43,986 nt of DNA, taken from positions 1 through 43,986 of IMG/VR virus record IMGVR_UViG_3300044492_000037. The stretch is one strand, 5' to 3'. The position numbers and the translations under genes are program-made. The notes under the pieces were generated by a model, which was not told the DNA's origin, searched no databases, and saw only the letters and a list, made by a program, of their open reading frames with translations. The DNA is from a virus. This document shows positions 8,343-18,215 of the stretch, one piece after another; positions within the stretch are counted from its first letter, which is position 1, and each line of letters opens with the position of its first letter.

Positions 8343-10010
8343 CTATACGTTCGTGCCAACGGCCCAATACAGGCCGTCGATGGCAATCAGCTCAACATTC
8401 GGCTTGGCCCCCTGGGCCATTGTAACTTGCACCACGGGTGCATGCGAGAAGCCTGTTGAGCCTATCGACACCCAGCCGGTGTTTCGCACCGTTGGCGACG
8501 GAAGCGCCGCTGCGTCCCACAGCATCTGATCCCACAGCCCCTGGTCCCAGACATCGGCCCGGCCACTATCGATGCCAGCGGATGGCGCCGCCGGAAGGTT
8601 GAGCGTGTAGTCGGTGCATGAACTTATCTGCGGAATGAACGGCTCGCCGGGGCGGGCTGCGAATTGCGCCCTGGCCTGCGACCACGTCTTGGTCTGCGCC
8701 TGCTGGCCAAACATGCCCCAGCCGCCAACCATCGTGCAGATGTACGGCTTGCCATCATCATAGCCAGTACGGTCAGCCTGCATGACGATGCCGTCTTGCG
8801 TTCCAAAGAACAGGTCGCCAGCGAGCTGCATGAAGCATGTGGCGTCGTAGCCGACAAAGCGGCACCACGCGCCGGTCGCGGTGTTCACTACGGCGCAACG
8901 GCGATTGCCGACACTGCCGCCCGGCCACGTCACGAACATGCCGCCGTACTCGTCCCAGCGTTTCATCGACCACGGAAAGAAGCGTTTACTCATCGCCTCC
9001 TGCCGCCACATGTTGCGGATGCCGACAGTGATCATGGCGAAGTCGAGCTGGCCCGCGTCCTTGCTGATGGCGCCGCTCATCGGCACGATGCCGTCGAGCG
9101 TGGCGACAAGCAGATCGCCGCCCAGGTTTATGTGTGCGTTCATTCCCATCGGCAGCGGGATCTGGAAGCGCCCTTCCTGGCGCCAGTTGGCCGGGTCTGC
9201 CGGGTTGCTGCCGGTGAACACGATGGCCTCGCCAAGATTTGTCATGAAGACCAGCTTGTCGTCCACGCCGTCTCCCGTGTCCCCGGACCACACCGCTATA
9301 AACAGCAGCTTGCCGCCACGCGCAGCGGCGCCTGCCAGCGGGATGATGTTGAGCTGGCCCTGGTGGCTGTCGATGCCCAGGTACCACGCATTCATCGTCC
9401 CCCCTTCAATGAAGAAGAAGCGGTTGCGGTACTTGCAGACGTAAGAGAGGTTGTGGCCGGTGGCGCAGCTCGGCGGCGGCGTCACGATGGGATTGGTGAC
9501 GAGCTGGCTGGCGTCAAACGTCGTCCACGTCAGGCCATCGAAGTGCAGCAGATAGTCGCCAGCCTCATTCGCCACCAGCATGTGGTCGCCGCTGGCATTA
9601 GCCATCTGCGAGCCAACGTAGTTGCCGCTCGCCTGCCCGCTCTTTACCAGTATCGGCGTGGCGGACGTAACATCGAACAGCTTGTCGGCCTGGGCTGCGA
9701 AGATCCGCCGGGACGCCGCGTCGATGTACTCAAACCCTGAGATGATGGGCTTGCGGAGCGGCGACGGGACCGGCGGCACCGTGGCGTCGAGCGCATGCAG
9801 ATCGCAGTGCCGGATGAAGCCGCCACGCAGCTTGATGCCGCGCAGCGTCGGCACCCAGTTGTCCAGCACCACGGCAGTGGCGGGCTTCATGAAGGCAAGG
9901 TTGTCGCTGTCGGTCAGCCCGGCTGTCGGCGCCGGAATGGTGATGGCCTTGTGCTGCTGCGCGACTTGCGGCGGCACCGGCTGACGGCGGAAGCCCTGAT
10001 GAACGCTCAT
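8343..10010 (-). CDS. Large tail structural protein (555 aa), function unassigned
   Basis: ATG at 10008-10010 overlaps the upstream stop (ATGA). The long coherent ORF MSVHQGFRRQPVPPQVAQQHKAITIPAPTAGLTDSDNLAFMKP... sits between the fibre genes and the ejection-protein genes. Confidence 0.75.
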   Translation of the reverse strand: MSVHQGFRRQPVPPQVAQQHKAITIPAPTAGLTDSDNLAFMKPATAVVLDNWVPTLRGIKLRGGFIRHCDLHALDATVPPVPSPLRKPIISGFEYIDAASRRIFAAQADKLFDVTSATPILVKSGQASGNYVGSQMANASGDHMLVANEAGDYLLHFDGLTWTTFDASQLVTNPIVTPPPSCATGHNLSYVCKYRNRFFFIEGGTMNAWYLGIDSHQGQLNIIPLAGAAARGGKLLFIAVWSGDTGDGVDDKLVFMTNLGEAIVFTGSNPADPANWRQEGRFQIPLPMGMNAHINLGGDLLVATLDGIVPMSGAISKDAGQLDFAMITVGIRNMWRQEAMSKRFFPWSMKRWDEYGGMFVTWPGGSVGNRRCAVVNTATGAWCRFVGYDATCFMQLAGDLFFGTQDGIVMQADRTGYDDGKPYICTMVGGWGMFGQQAQTKTWSQARAQFAARPGEPFIPQISSCTDYTLNLPAAPSAGIDSGRADVWDQGLWDQMLWDAAALPSPTVRNTGWVSIGSTGFSHAPVVQVTMAQGAKPNVELIAIDGLYWAVGTNV

Positions 10011-10879
10011 CCCAGCTCTCCGTTGATGGCGCAACTTCCGCTACACGATCCGGCGCCCATAGCGCAGTACAAGCCAAGCTGGTTAAGCCCGTCGTTGGTC
10101 AGTACGACTGACGCCATTGCCGTCATGTTTTCGTATGCAGCCGTGGTGTGAACGGTCGTAACCGCGCCAGACGTTCCAACGTATCCAACACCCATAAGGT
10201 TAAAAATAATATTGGCGTTGTTCCATGTGTCTGCGGTGCCATACCACGATCCGTTGACGGTCGCGCTCTCGCCCGCAAATGCCACCATCGAGACAACGGT
10301 TTGCAGCGTATACGATGGACTGCCGAAAACGCCGCCGCCACCGACAAGCAAGCCTGCGGCGCGGCGGTTGAACCATGATCGGGTCAGGCGGTCGCTAGTC
10401 TGGTCGTAGAACGGCGTACCGGCGCCGCCGCCGGTATAGACCATGCCAACCAGGGAGCGGCTGTTGTCGCCGTTGTAAATCTCGGTGCCGACATTCCCAG
10501 CCTGCGTCGATGGGACGTGGTCGCTGCCGGTAAGCCTCGGCTTGAAATCGAGCTGCACTCCAAGCGTGGCATGGAGGAACGCATAGACAAAATAGGTGCC
10601 GCCAATGCCAAGCGTTTGACCGGCGACGCCGTTCACGAAGCAGTTGTTGTAGGCCGCCGTGATCCCGGCAGCCGGGATTTTGTAGTTGATGCCGTTGATG
10701 CGAATGAGATCGCCGTTGAGCGGTGCGTAGCGCACTGAGTTGCTTGGCGACGAACCGACAATGCCAAAGTAGCCGCAATCCGGCGACAGCAGCATCGAGG
10801 TTGGCGACCACTTAGTGCCGTCCCAGCTCCACGTCTGAAACTGCTGGCCGATTGTCGGTGAGGTGGGGAATGACAGCAT
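10007..10879 (-). CDS. Tail fibre / receptor-binding protein, paralogue B (290 aa)
   Basis: ATG at 10877-10879 overlaps the stop of paralogue A (TGATG). MLSFPTSPTIGQQFQTWSWDGTKWSPT... aligns along most of its length with the adjacent 287-aa protein (shared GNVGTEI, LVG.V.TGG, SWFNR). Confidence 0.75.
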   Translation of the reverse strand: MLSFPTSPTIGQQFQTWSWDGTKWSPTSMLLSPDCGYFGIVGSSPSNSVRYAPLNGDLIRINGINYKIPAAGITAAYNNCFVNGVAGQTLGIGGTYFVYAFLHATLGVQLDFKPRLTGSDHVPSTQAGNVGTEIYNGDNSRSLVGMVYTGGGAGTPFYDQTSDRLTRSWFNRRAAGLLVGGGGVFGSPSYTLQTVVSMVAFAGESATVNGSWYGTADTWNNANIIFNLMGVGYVGTSGAVTTVHTTAAYENMTAMASVVLTNDGLNQLGLYCAMGAGSCSGSCAINGELG

Positions 10880-11742
10880 CAGTAAGGCCCCGCCACCGTG
10901 GCCATATTCCAATAGTACCCATTAGGATCAGCCCCGTAATCGGTCCTGATCATCATGTTGAGATTGTTGTAGCCGTCTACCGGAGTACCGGCGGTGCGAC
11001 CTATCGAGGTTCTGTATGCGCCGGTCTGGTGTGGCGTAGAGCAGCCAAACGAGCCGCCAGTATCAACGCCGTTTAGTCTGAAACTTGCGAAGATGTTACC
11101 TGATACAGTTGATGTACCCCACCACATGCAGTCGGCAACGTAGCTGTCGTCAAAGAAACTCATCCAGCCAAGACCAAGAACTGCCTGCGGCGCACCGGCA
11201 GGCCCAGGTCCGTTTGTGGCAGCAGACAGCACCATGCGAGGCCGGTTGAACCAAGACCGCAAGTAGCGAAACAAAACGCTGTCATAGAAAATATTTGGCG
11301 CTGAGCCGCCGGTTACAACTACGCCTACAAGCGTCTGGGTGTCGTCGCCGGAACGTATTTCGGTGCCGACATTGCCTGCGGTGGACGATGTCGCGTGGCC
11401 GTTGGCAGAAAAATTAAGCTGCACGGCGTTGTTAACGACGAAGGCGTAGATGAAGTAGGTGTTACCAATAGCCAGCGTCGAACCCGGTACCTTCTCCAGA
11501 TAGAGGTTGTTGTAGGTGGCGACGATGCCGCCCGCCGGTATTCGATAAATCAATCCATTGATTTTGATGTCGTCGCCTTTGTACGGGACGAAGATCAGAG
11601 CGTTCGATGGCGACGAGCCATTCAGCTTCAGCAGGCCGCACTTTGGTGCGCGGTCGTTCTTCGTCGGCGTCCACTTGACGCCGTCCCACGTCCAGCCCTG
11701 AAATCGCTGCCCCAGGCCAGGACTGACGGGGAATGAAAGCAT
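10879..11742 (-). CDS. Tail fibre / receptor-binding protein, paralogue A (287 aa)
   Basis: MLSFPVSPGLGQRFQGWTWDGVKWTPT... Its ATG overlaps the upstream stop (TGATG at 11740-11744). It is a tandem paralogue of 10007-10879. Confidence 0.75.
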   Translation of the reverse strand: MLSFPVSPGLGQRFQGWTWDGVKWTPTKNDRAPKCGLLKLNGSSPSNALIFVPYKGDDIKINGLIYRIPAGGIVATYNNLYLEKVPGSTLAIGNTYFIYAFVVNNAVQLNFSANGHATSSTAGNVGTEIRSGDDTQTLVGVVVTGGSAPNIFYDSVLFRYLRSWFNRPRMVLSAATNGPGPAGAPQAVLGLGWMSFFDDSYVADCMWWGTSTVSGNIFASFRLNGVDTGGSFGCSTPHQTGAYRTSIGRTAGTPVDGYNNLNMMIRTDYGADPNGYYWNMATVAGPY

Positions 11743-12017
11743 CAGGCCTTCTCCTGCAACGAGTGCAGCTCGGCCTTAACGCGAGACGTGAGATCGTCGA
11801 GTTGCACCGCCATCGCGTCGGTGATGGCGGCGATTATCTCAGGCGGCAGCACAACGTCGGCGGTGTTCACCATCACCTCGATGCCGGGCATTTCACCGGC
11901 AGCGGTGGCGCAGTGCATGATGGTGATGCGACCGCCGCCAGACAGCAGATCGATTGCCTGCTGTAGCGATTGCGCTTGGCCCTGCATCATCGCCGCGTAA
12001 CTGAAATCGACAGCCAT
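11742..12017 (-). CDS. Hypothetical small protein in the fibre cluster (91 aa; possible fibre assembly factor)
   Basis: ATG at 12015-12017 is preceded by GGGGAG. The assembly role is inferred from position only. Confidence 0.55.
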   Translation of the reverse strand: MAVDFSYAAMMQGQAQSLQQAIDLLSGGGRITIMHCATAAGEMPGIEVMVNTADVVLPPEIIAAITDAMAVQLDDLTSRVKAELHSLQEKA

Positions 12018-12026
12018 TGTTCTCCC

Positions 12027-12371
12027 CTAGCCGCTGTTGGCGGCAACCCACGCCGTGCCGAAACGAATGTAGAGCTGGCCGCCAACGGTATCGAACCACT
12101 GCGTCTGCGCGGTTGGCGACGATGGCGGCGTGTCGCTTTGGACAAACAGGCCGTCGATGTATTGCTTGGGTGCGGCATGCAGCGCCGCAGACGGATTGCC
12201 GCTCAGCACAAGCAATCCCGTCATGGTGTCGCCGCCCTTGGCGACGAACTGCGATGCAGGATCTATGGCGACCCACGCCGCGCCGTTCCACTTGTACTGC
12301 GGAATACCAGCGACAGCCGGTGTCGGGTAGAGGTCGTTGATGGCTGGCGCGGATGGAAAGTTGATACCCAT
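12027..12371 (-). CDS. Mini-fibre / fibre adaptor protein (114 aa)
   Basis: ATG at 12369-12371 overlaps the upstream stop. It carries the same N-terminal FPSAP...W.G..W motif, a GDTMTG motif, and a second P..SP....WFDT..G.LYI...AWV motif. Confidence 0.6.
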   Translation of the reverse strand: MGINFPSAPAINDLYPTPAVAGIPQYKWNGAAWVAIDPASQFVAKGGDTMTGLLVLSGNPSAALHAAPKQYIDGLFVQSDTPPSSPTAQTQWFDTVGGQLYIRFGTAWVAANSG

Positions 12372-14347
12372 CACAGCCTCGCGTCCAAAGTCACGCCTTT
12401 GGCATTTTGTAGAAACACTGGATAAGTGGCAGTGCCTGCACTTGTGGTCACATTGACGGTGCCGCCTATTGTGGTCAGGTTGTTAGCGAGCAGCCCGGTT
12501 ATGGTGTAATTCCCATATGACGGGTTCGTTAAAACTGCTGCGCCGGAAAAACCGAATGCTGGCGCGGCGCGCATTTCAGAAAATGCAGAAAAAAGTTGCA
12601 CTGATGTATTGGCGTAAAATTGTCCAGCACACGGCGGCATCCATTGCCAGTATCGCTTGCACGTCAGCAGCTCTTGATCATATGGGCGCATTATCAACGG
12701 CGACTGTGCGGCAGTCGGCCCCTGCGTTCCTGGTAAAACAACGATGCCGCGCAAAATCAAATATTGGCTCAGTGCGGCGGCAACATTTACTTGCCCAGGC
12801 GCTGAAACATAGTTCGCGCTGTACCATGTATTGGCCGCTGGCGCGGTGTAGGTTGATCCGCAACTAGCCGTAAAATGAATAGATAATCCTATTCCATTGT
12901 CCTTTAGCCACGTTCCCGTCGTGTCGCCGGGAATAGTAATTGTCTTGTATTCAAACGCATTAGCTACATTCTGCGTGTAAGTTGCTGCGTAGGAGCGTGT
13001 CGATCCACTGCTGTTGATGACTACGCTGTACGTTCCAGCAACAGAATGTTGGCTCCAAAAACATATTGTGATTGGCCGCGCATCTGGCGTTCCCCACGCC
13101 AGCCGGGCCATTCGGTAGCCCTCGATGCGGTGCGACAGTGTCAAATAATCGCCAGCCGCCAGCGATGGCTTGGCTGTTGTAGCTTGGGCATAGATGCGAC
13201 CGGAGAAGCCAAAATTAGGAGTAGCGTAATCCTGGCTACCGAGAGAGACTATTCCTGAAGATAACATAATCCAACCATCACAAAAATATGTTCCGGCTAC
13301 AGACTGTCCACCTCCAGTTGGATATTGCTGATTGACCTCAGCACCGCCGTTGACCTGAATGCCGTTGTAAGCGAATGCATCGAACGGTGTGGCGTAAGCT
13401 ACGATTGCGTTGTCAACGTAGTCCTTACGAACCGCATTGGCGGCGGCAGGCGTAATTGGCAGCGACAAGTGTCCCGCCATAGTGTCGCCAGCCTTCATGA
13501 CGAAAGCAGACGTGTCGATGGCAGGCGCGGCCACGGCCTGAACCCACTGCGACGGGCCGACACCATCGTTGTAGCGGACGTAGAGAAGTGCTGTGTCACT
13601 CTCCCACCACATGGCATTGTCGGGTGCGCCAGCCGGTGCCGTGTCGCTGATGTAGAGCGGCTGCGGTGGCGCTGGGATGGCGGCGATTGCTGCGCTGAGC
13701 TGCTGCAATGGCACGGCCTGCAACGGCAGCGTTGCATTACCCGGAAGCGTCAACGTACCTGGACCCATCGTGTCGCCAGCCTTGGCGACCTTCTCGGTAT
13801 CCAGCTCTTTAATCGCAGCTTCGACATTGCTGCCAGCAATGTTGCCACTCGGCGGGAATGTTATTCCTGCCGCATTACCGGCACCCGTGCCGTTGATGGT
13901 CAGCTTGTTGCCGGGGTCGTCGTAGCTCAACGTGATGTTGGTGCCAGCCACCAGAAGATTGGCGACACGGTCATCGACCGCCTCGGCATCAAAGCCTGAT
14001 GTCGATGAGACTGTCAGCTTGTTGCCTGGGTCGTCGTAGACCAGCGAGATATTCGTTCCAGCCACCAGCATACCGGCGACCGTGTCCATGACCGTCTCAG
14101 GATCACCCGCCGGGCCAGGATCACCCTGGTCACCCTTGTCGCCCTTGTCGCCCTTTACCCCCTGGATGCCCTGTGGCCCTTCCGGTCCAGGCACTACGCT
14201 GTCGGCGCCGGTATCGCCCTTGGGGCCTTCCGGCCCATACGGACCCTGCGGTCCTTGCGGGCCTTGCGGTCCCGGCGGCCCTTGCAGCGCGATGTTGAAG
14301 GCGCCGTTGAACGGCGGGATCTCACCTGGGGTGGAGGAATAGGGCAT
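12371..14347 (-). CDS. Collagen-like tail fibre protein (658 aa)
   Basis: Gly-X-Y run [25 protein letters not shown]...[30 protein letters not shown] (nt ~14092-14284). It also has a tandem 38-aa repeat and a GDTMAGHL motif. The C-terminal half is visibly AT-richer. Confidence 0.85.
   Translation of the reverse strand: MPYSSTPGEIPPFNGAFNIALQGPPGPQGPQGPQGPYGPEGPKGDTGADSVVPGPEGPQGIQGVKGDKGDKGDQGDPGPAGDPETVMDTVAGMLVAGTNISLVYDDPGNKLTVSSTSGFDAEAVDDRVANLLVAGTNITLSYDDPGNKLTINGTGAGNAAGITFPPSGNIAGSNVEAAIKELDTEKVAKAGDTMGPGTLTLPGNATLPLQAVPLQQLSAAIAAIPAPPQPLYISDTAPAGAPDNAMWWESDTALLYVRYNDGVGPSQWVQAVAAPAIDTSAFVMKAGDTMAGHLSLPITPAAANAVRKDYVDNAIVAYATPFDAFAYNGIQVNGGAEVNQQYPTGGGQSVAGTYFCDGWIMLSSGIVSLGSQDYATPNFGFSGRIYAQATTAKPSLAAGDYLTLSHRIEGYRMARLAWGTPDARPITICFWSQHSVAGTYSVVINSSGSTRSYAATYTQNVANAFEYKTITIPGDTTGTWLKDNGIGLSIHFTASCGSTYTAPAANTWYSANYVSAPGQVNVAAALSQYLILRGIVVLPGTQGPTAAQSPLIMRPYDQELLTCKRYWQWMPPCAGQFYANTSVQLFSAFSEMRAAPAFGFSGAAVLTNPSYGNYTITGLLANNLTTIGGTVNVTTSAGTATYPVFLQNAKGVTLDARL
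13901..14093 (-). repeat. Tandem in-frame duplication (period 114 nt = 38 aa) inside the collagen-like fibre gene
   Basis: cagcttgttgccggggtcgtcgtagctcaacgtgatgttggtgccagccaccag... at 13901 recurs as cagcttgttgcctgggtcgtcgtagaccagcgagatattcgttccagccaccag... at 14015. Protein copies: [20 protein letters not shown] and [20 protein letters not shown]. Confidence 0.85.
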
Positions 14348-15082
14348 CTAGTACCCCCATACGCCAAAGCCGGTTGGACGCAGCGTGGGGCCGACAACAA
14401 GGATCGGCGCCGGGCTGTCGCGTCCCATTACGGATGCGAGGGCGTCAGCAAACGTGGACATGTCCTCCGCGTATGGCGCACCCTTGTTGGCCTTCCACTG
14501 CCAGATCATTCCTAATTTCAACAATCGCTCGTCGAGCGTGAACGTGTCGCTGTCGTTTGAGAACGTGTCGCTGCGCCCGCCGCTGGCGAGGTCGATGCAA
14601 TTCTTGTCGAGGTACATGTAGCGAGCCGTAACACCGGCACTCATCACCGGAAAAATGTGGATCTTGCCGCCAAGCAGCGTCCACTCGCCCCACGATCCGG
14701 TCGAGCTGTTGATGCGGCGCCGCAGCCACTCGTCGGTGTCGGGGATGAAGCGCACCGGCTGGTGCGTCGAGGTGGACAGCCACAGGTTCGATGTCAGCAG
14801 CATGCGCTTGTAGTTGGCAGGCAGATTGAACGCCGTGGTCCCGGTCAGCACCGCAGCCGGATCTGGCTGCGGCGGCACCCATACGGCATCGCCATCGATC
14901 TGCGCGTAGGTCCGCAGCTTCGTCCAATCGCGATGGTCGTAGGCGATGCGTTGCGCCTGCTCGTTGGCGACCGCCAGCATCTCCTGCATCGACCTGTTGC
15001 TGGCGATGTTTGAGAAGACTGAGTTGGGATACGTCACCCCAACATGCGCGCAAACATCTTGAACAACGGTCAGCAGGCTCAT
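14348..15082 (-). CDS. Hypothetical head-tail joining region protein (244 aa)
   Basis: ATG at 15080-15082 overlaps the upstream stop (TGATG); the track start at 15085 is TTG. The role is inferred from position. Confidence 0.65.
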   Translation of the reverse strand: MSLLTVVQDVCAHVGVTYPNSVFSNIASNRSMQEMLAVANEQAQRIAYDHRDWTKLRTYAQIDGDAVWVPPQPDPAAVLTGTTAFNLPANYKRMLLTSNLWLSTSTHQPVRFIPDTDEWLRRRINSSTGSWGEWTLLGGKIHIFPVMSAGVTARYMYLDKNCIDLASGGRSDTFSNDSDTFTLDERLLKLGMIWQWKANKGAPYAEDMSTFADALASVMGRDSPAPILVVGPTLRPTGFGVWGY

Positions 15083-15804
15083 CAAGCCGCCCTTTTTTGT
15101 GCCTCTGCTGCCATCCGCACCAGCACCTTACGTGTCATCGAGCCGTGCGGTGCGTGGCCGGTCGCCGTGGTGATGAACTCTCTCAATTGGTCGAGATCCA
15201 TGTTGTCGAACGCCTTCTCAGCCTCGGTGGCGTTCTCGGCAAGCTGAGCGTAGGCCTTCTTGTCTTCCTCCAGCACGGCATTGCGCGCCTTCAGCGCCTC
15301 CAGCTCGGCCTGGAGCTGCATGCTGGGCGCGTTCTGCGTCCTGGCGTTGGTGATGAACTCCTCGGCCTTGTTCTTTAAGTCGCGGCCATACTGGCCCAGG
15401 TTTTTCAGCTCCTGCCCGTCGATGCTGGCGAGCGCCTCGATCGTGTAGATGTTGAGGGCGCGCAGCTCGGCGCGTTTGCCCTCGGTCAGGAACGGAACGT
15501 ACTGCAACGGCGTCCCAGCCTTGGTCTGGTTCGCCTGCTGCTTGAATTGCTGGTACTGCCGCTGAAAACGCTCGGCGTATGTCACCGGCACCTGTTCGCC
15601 GCTCTCTGTTTCGATCTTCCAGTGCGAGATGGCGAGCGCCGGGAACGTGGACATGTTGCGTGAACCGGCAAAGCGGATGTCGCACACCTCAACGTCGTCA
15701 CAGATCAACCGGCCTTCCTTGTCGGTCTTGCTCTTGTTCGGCAGCGCGTGGTGACGGAATGTTGCGACCACTGCGGCGTCGGCATCACGAACTTGGTACA
15801 TCAT
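15082..15804 (-). CDS. Hypothetical capsid-proximal protein with a coiled coil and a SAP/Rho-N-like C-terminal helix pair (240 aa)
   Basis: ATGATG at 15799-15804 is preceded by AAACAACGGAGCAG. The C-terminus reads LDQLREFITTATGHAPHGSMTRKVLVRMAAE. Confidence 0.65.
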   Translation of the reverse strand: MMYQVRDADAAVVATFRHHALPNKSKTDKEGRLICDDVEVCDIRFAGSRNMSTFPALAISHWKIETESGEQVPVTYAERFQRQYQQFKQQANQTKAGTPLQYVPFLTEGKRAELRALNIYTIEALASIDGQELKNLGQYGRDLKNKAEEFITNARTQNAPSMQLQAELEALKARNAVLEEDKKAYAQLAENATEAEKAFDNMDLDQLREFITTATGHAPHGSMTRKVLVRMAAEAQKRAA

Positions 15805-15826
15805 CTGCTCCGTTGTTTACTAATTC

Positions 15827-15894
15827 AGAACCGCCGCCCCATCCGCAGTCTTGGGGGACTTACCGTGTTAGGGATTAGGCCGGGGCGGCGGTTC
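15827..15894 (-). terminator. 13-bp perfect inverted repeat immediately downstream of the major capsid gene (attenuator or mRNA-stabilising hairpin)
   Basis: gaaccgccgcccc (15828-15840) pairs with ggggcggcggttc (15882-15894), with a 41-nt loop. There is no clear U-tract. Confidence 0.35.
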
Positions 15895-15912
15895 CTCTAC
15901 TCGGCGATCGCG

Positions 15913-16932
15913 TCACGTCGCCGGGTTGCTGTCGTACAGTCGCCAGTTGAACATCGGGTTGGTCATTGTGAGTTCGCCCATCCACCCGATAAATTGCGCG
16001 ATGGCGTCTTTATCAATTGGCATCTGACCATCACCATCGAAAATCTTGTCGAAGTTTCTCGACGGGTGATAACGGATCTTCAAGCTGTCGGTGTCGATGC
16101 CAAACGAAGTGTTAGGTGGCATGTTGCTACCAATGCCGCCATCGAGAACAATCTCGGCGCGCTTGCCGCCACCGATATATTCCAGCGAGCTGAAGCCCAG
16201 CTTGCCCATCGATGTCTCGTTGGTCTGGCGCTGGATGACGATCGACGCAGCGTCGTATGCCGCGTAATGCTCTGGCGACATGATGATCAAGTCGGCGTGG
16301 TCGCGGCCACGCGATTGCTTGTTCATGATGTAGTTCAACATCGGACGAATGGTGTCCTTGTTGACCTGAGTAGACCCGGCAAGGAATGACTGCGCGTCGT
16401 AGGACTTGGTCTGCCAGATCACGGCACTGGCGCGATCGAGGCCGCCGTAGATGCCGCTGTTGGTGATAACCGGCAGAGCTGTCGCCAGCCCCGTCAGCGC
16501 CTTGCCGCCGTTGGCGGTGCCGTCGCCGTACAGGGCGGCGTCCATCGTGTCTTCCAGCGAACGCTCGGCGGCACCAATGTAGCTGTCGTAAACGTCCATT
16601 AATTGGTTTTCGCCCTGATTGTTTAGTATCTCCTGCATCGACAGGATGACCGGGACGACCACCATCTTGGGATCAAAATACGCATCATTGAAAAGATCGA
16701 TTGCTGGGTTCAGCAATTGATCGTAGCCGCTGTACCACTGCGCGACTTGCTTGCCGATTTGCAGCGTCTGGCGAATGCGCGGGCCAGAATAGGTTTGCCA
16801 CGCGCCCTTGCGGCGAAGCACGGCGAGCAGTGCGTTGTTGTTAGAGACGAGATCTTGATAGCTCGATGAACGCTCTTCCAGCGCCATCGACAGGATCTGC
16901 TGATAAGCAGATGCAGTCGTGATATTGGGCAT
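15913..16932 (-). CDS. Major capsid protein (339 aa)
   Basis: The size, the position directly after a scaffold-like gene, and the strong RBS context (TAACAACCGGAGGGGCCA ATG) fit a major capsid protein. The sequence has the flavour of a T7/P22-type HK97-fold coat protein (by eye). Confidence 0.8.
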   Translation of the reverse strand: MPNITTASAYQQILSMALEERSSSYQDLVSNNNALLAVLRRKGAWQTYSGPRIRQTLQIGKQVAQWYSGYDQLLNPAIDLFNDAYFDPKMVVVPVILSMQEILNNQGENQLMDVYDSYIGAAERSLEDTMDAALYGDGTANGGKALTGLATALPVITNSGIYGGLDRASAVIWQTKSYDAQSFLAGSTQVNKDTIRPMLNYIMNKQSRGRDHADLIIMSPEHYAAYDAASIVIQRQTNETSMGKLGFSSLEYIGGGKRAEIVLDGGIGSNMPPNTSFGIDTDSLKIRYHPSRNFDKIFDGDGQMPIDKDAIAQFIGWMGELTMTNPMFNWRLYDSNPAT

Positions 16933-16947
16933 TGGCCCCTCCGGTTG

Positions 16948-18207
16948 TTACAGACCACCATTGACGCGCTTGATCGCGTTGCCGATTGCATCGCGCAAAG
17001 GCACGGGCTTGCCATCTCGCTTGCGCTCACCTGTCCCGTTTGAGGGGCCGCTAGGTGCGCCTGAGATAGACTTGTCCGCTGTCCGGGTCTGAGCCGGTTG
17101 GGTGCGGGTCTGAGCCGCTTGGGACGGGTACAGCTTGTCCGCTCGATCGTAGGCTTCCTCTAGTGAGAAGCCTAAGTTGATCTCGCGGTGGATCGCTGCC
17201 CCTAGTTCATCGAACCTTGGGTGAGTGTCGGCAAAGCTATCGACCTCACTGCGGGTGTAGGTGAACTGCTGCTGAGTATGCATCTGGGTGAGGGCCTGTT
17301 TCAAGCCCTGAACCTCCTGATGCAATGCGCCAATCTGGTGCGAGGCAGCCTGCTGCTGGTTGCCCTGCTGGATCTGCTTGAGCTGCTCTGGCGACTGCGA
17401 CAGGACGTGATACGCCACGTCGCGCAGTGTGATCGGCTGGCCGTCTGAGGTCTTCAGTCCCAGGTTGTTGACGATCACGTCGAGGCCGCCGACAGGATCG
17501 CTGCGAAGCTTGCGCTCCATGCTGGTGTAGTTGCTCAGCGCCCGTTGCAGCGTGGTGCCATGCTCCTGCGCCATCTGATGGAAGGGCCGGATGCTTTCCA
17601 TCGTCTCGTAGTCGGCCTTGTAGTGCCGGTGCATACCCTCCGTTTCCTGCGCCAGCCGGTGGAACTCGCCACGCACCCGTTCTGGCGTCGTCGCCCACTC
17701 GCCCTTAGCGTGTTCCGCCATGCGCGGTGGAGGGTCGCGGTATGGAGCTGTTTCTGGCAGTCGTGCGGCTTCCGCCTGACGAGGTGTTTGTTGGCCTTGT
17801 GGCTGTGTTCCTGGCTGCGATGGCTGTCCTTGTGGCTGCCCTTGAGTTTCGGAAGCCTTGACGAAGCGGCCCTGCTCCCTCGGCTGCTCGCCCTTGGGCG
17901 GTGCCTTCTTCAGGTTCAGCTCCTGCTTCGTCTCTTCCGGCGGCTGGTTGTGGCCGGGGCCGGGCTTCTCCCGCTCGGCGGGCTTCTTGGCCTGCTGCTT
18001 CTCCCTGTCTTCCTTAGCCTTTGCCGGGTTGCTGGCCCGCTCGAATGCCTTCTGGATGGCGTCCCGGCGGCCCTCGGGCTTGTCCGGCGCCTGACTGCCA
18101 ATTGGCAGTGGCGTCGATGTCGGGTTGGTATCGACGACAGCCTCTGGCGCAGGCGAGGGCGCTGCCGGTGCCGGTGTGGCAGCGGGTGCAACGGTCACGT
18201 CAGACAT
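16948..18207 (-). CDS. Scaffolding protein (419 aa)
   Basis: The N-terminal half is Pro/Gln/Glu/Lys-rich and disordered, and the C-terminal half is helical. It lies immediately upstream of the capsid gene, with AGGAG before the ATG at 18207. Confidence 0.7.
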   Translation of the reverse strand: MSDVTVAPAATPAPAAPSPAPEAVVDTNPTSTPLPIGSQAPDKPEGRRDAIQKAFERASNPAKAKEDREKQQAKKPAEREKPGPGHNQPPEETKQELNLKKAPPKGEQPREQGRFVKASETQGQPQGQPSQPGTQPQGQQTPRQAEAARLPETAPYRDPPPRMAEHAKGEWATTPERVRGEFHRLAQETEGMHRHYKADYETMESIRPFHQMAQEHGTTLQRALSNYTSMERKLRSDPVGGLDVIVNNLGLKTSDGQPITLRDVAYHVLSQSPEQLKQIQQGNQQQAASHQIGALHQEVQGLKQALTQMHTQQQFTYTRSEVDSFADTHPRFDELGAAIHREINLGFSLEEAYDRADKLYPSQAAQTRTQPAQTRTADKSISGAPSGPSNGTGERKRDGKPVPLRDAIGNAIKRVNGGL

Positions 18208-18215
18208 AGCGGCTC

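Noticed and set aside
14092-14284. Highly periodic 9-nt repeats that could be mistaken for a repeat array or CRISPR-like structure
   Set aside because: They are in-frame Gly-X-Y collagen triplets inside a fibre gene. No spacer/repeat architecture or cas genes occur anywhere in the window.
10007-14347. Diversity-generating retroelement targeting the paralogous fibre genes
   Set aside because: There is no reverse transcriptase ORF and no template/variable repeat pair with adenine-specific differences. The paralogues differ throughout.
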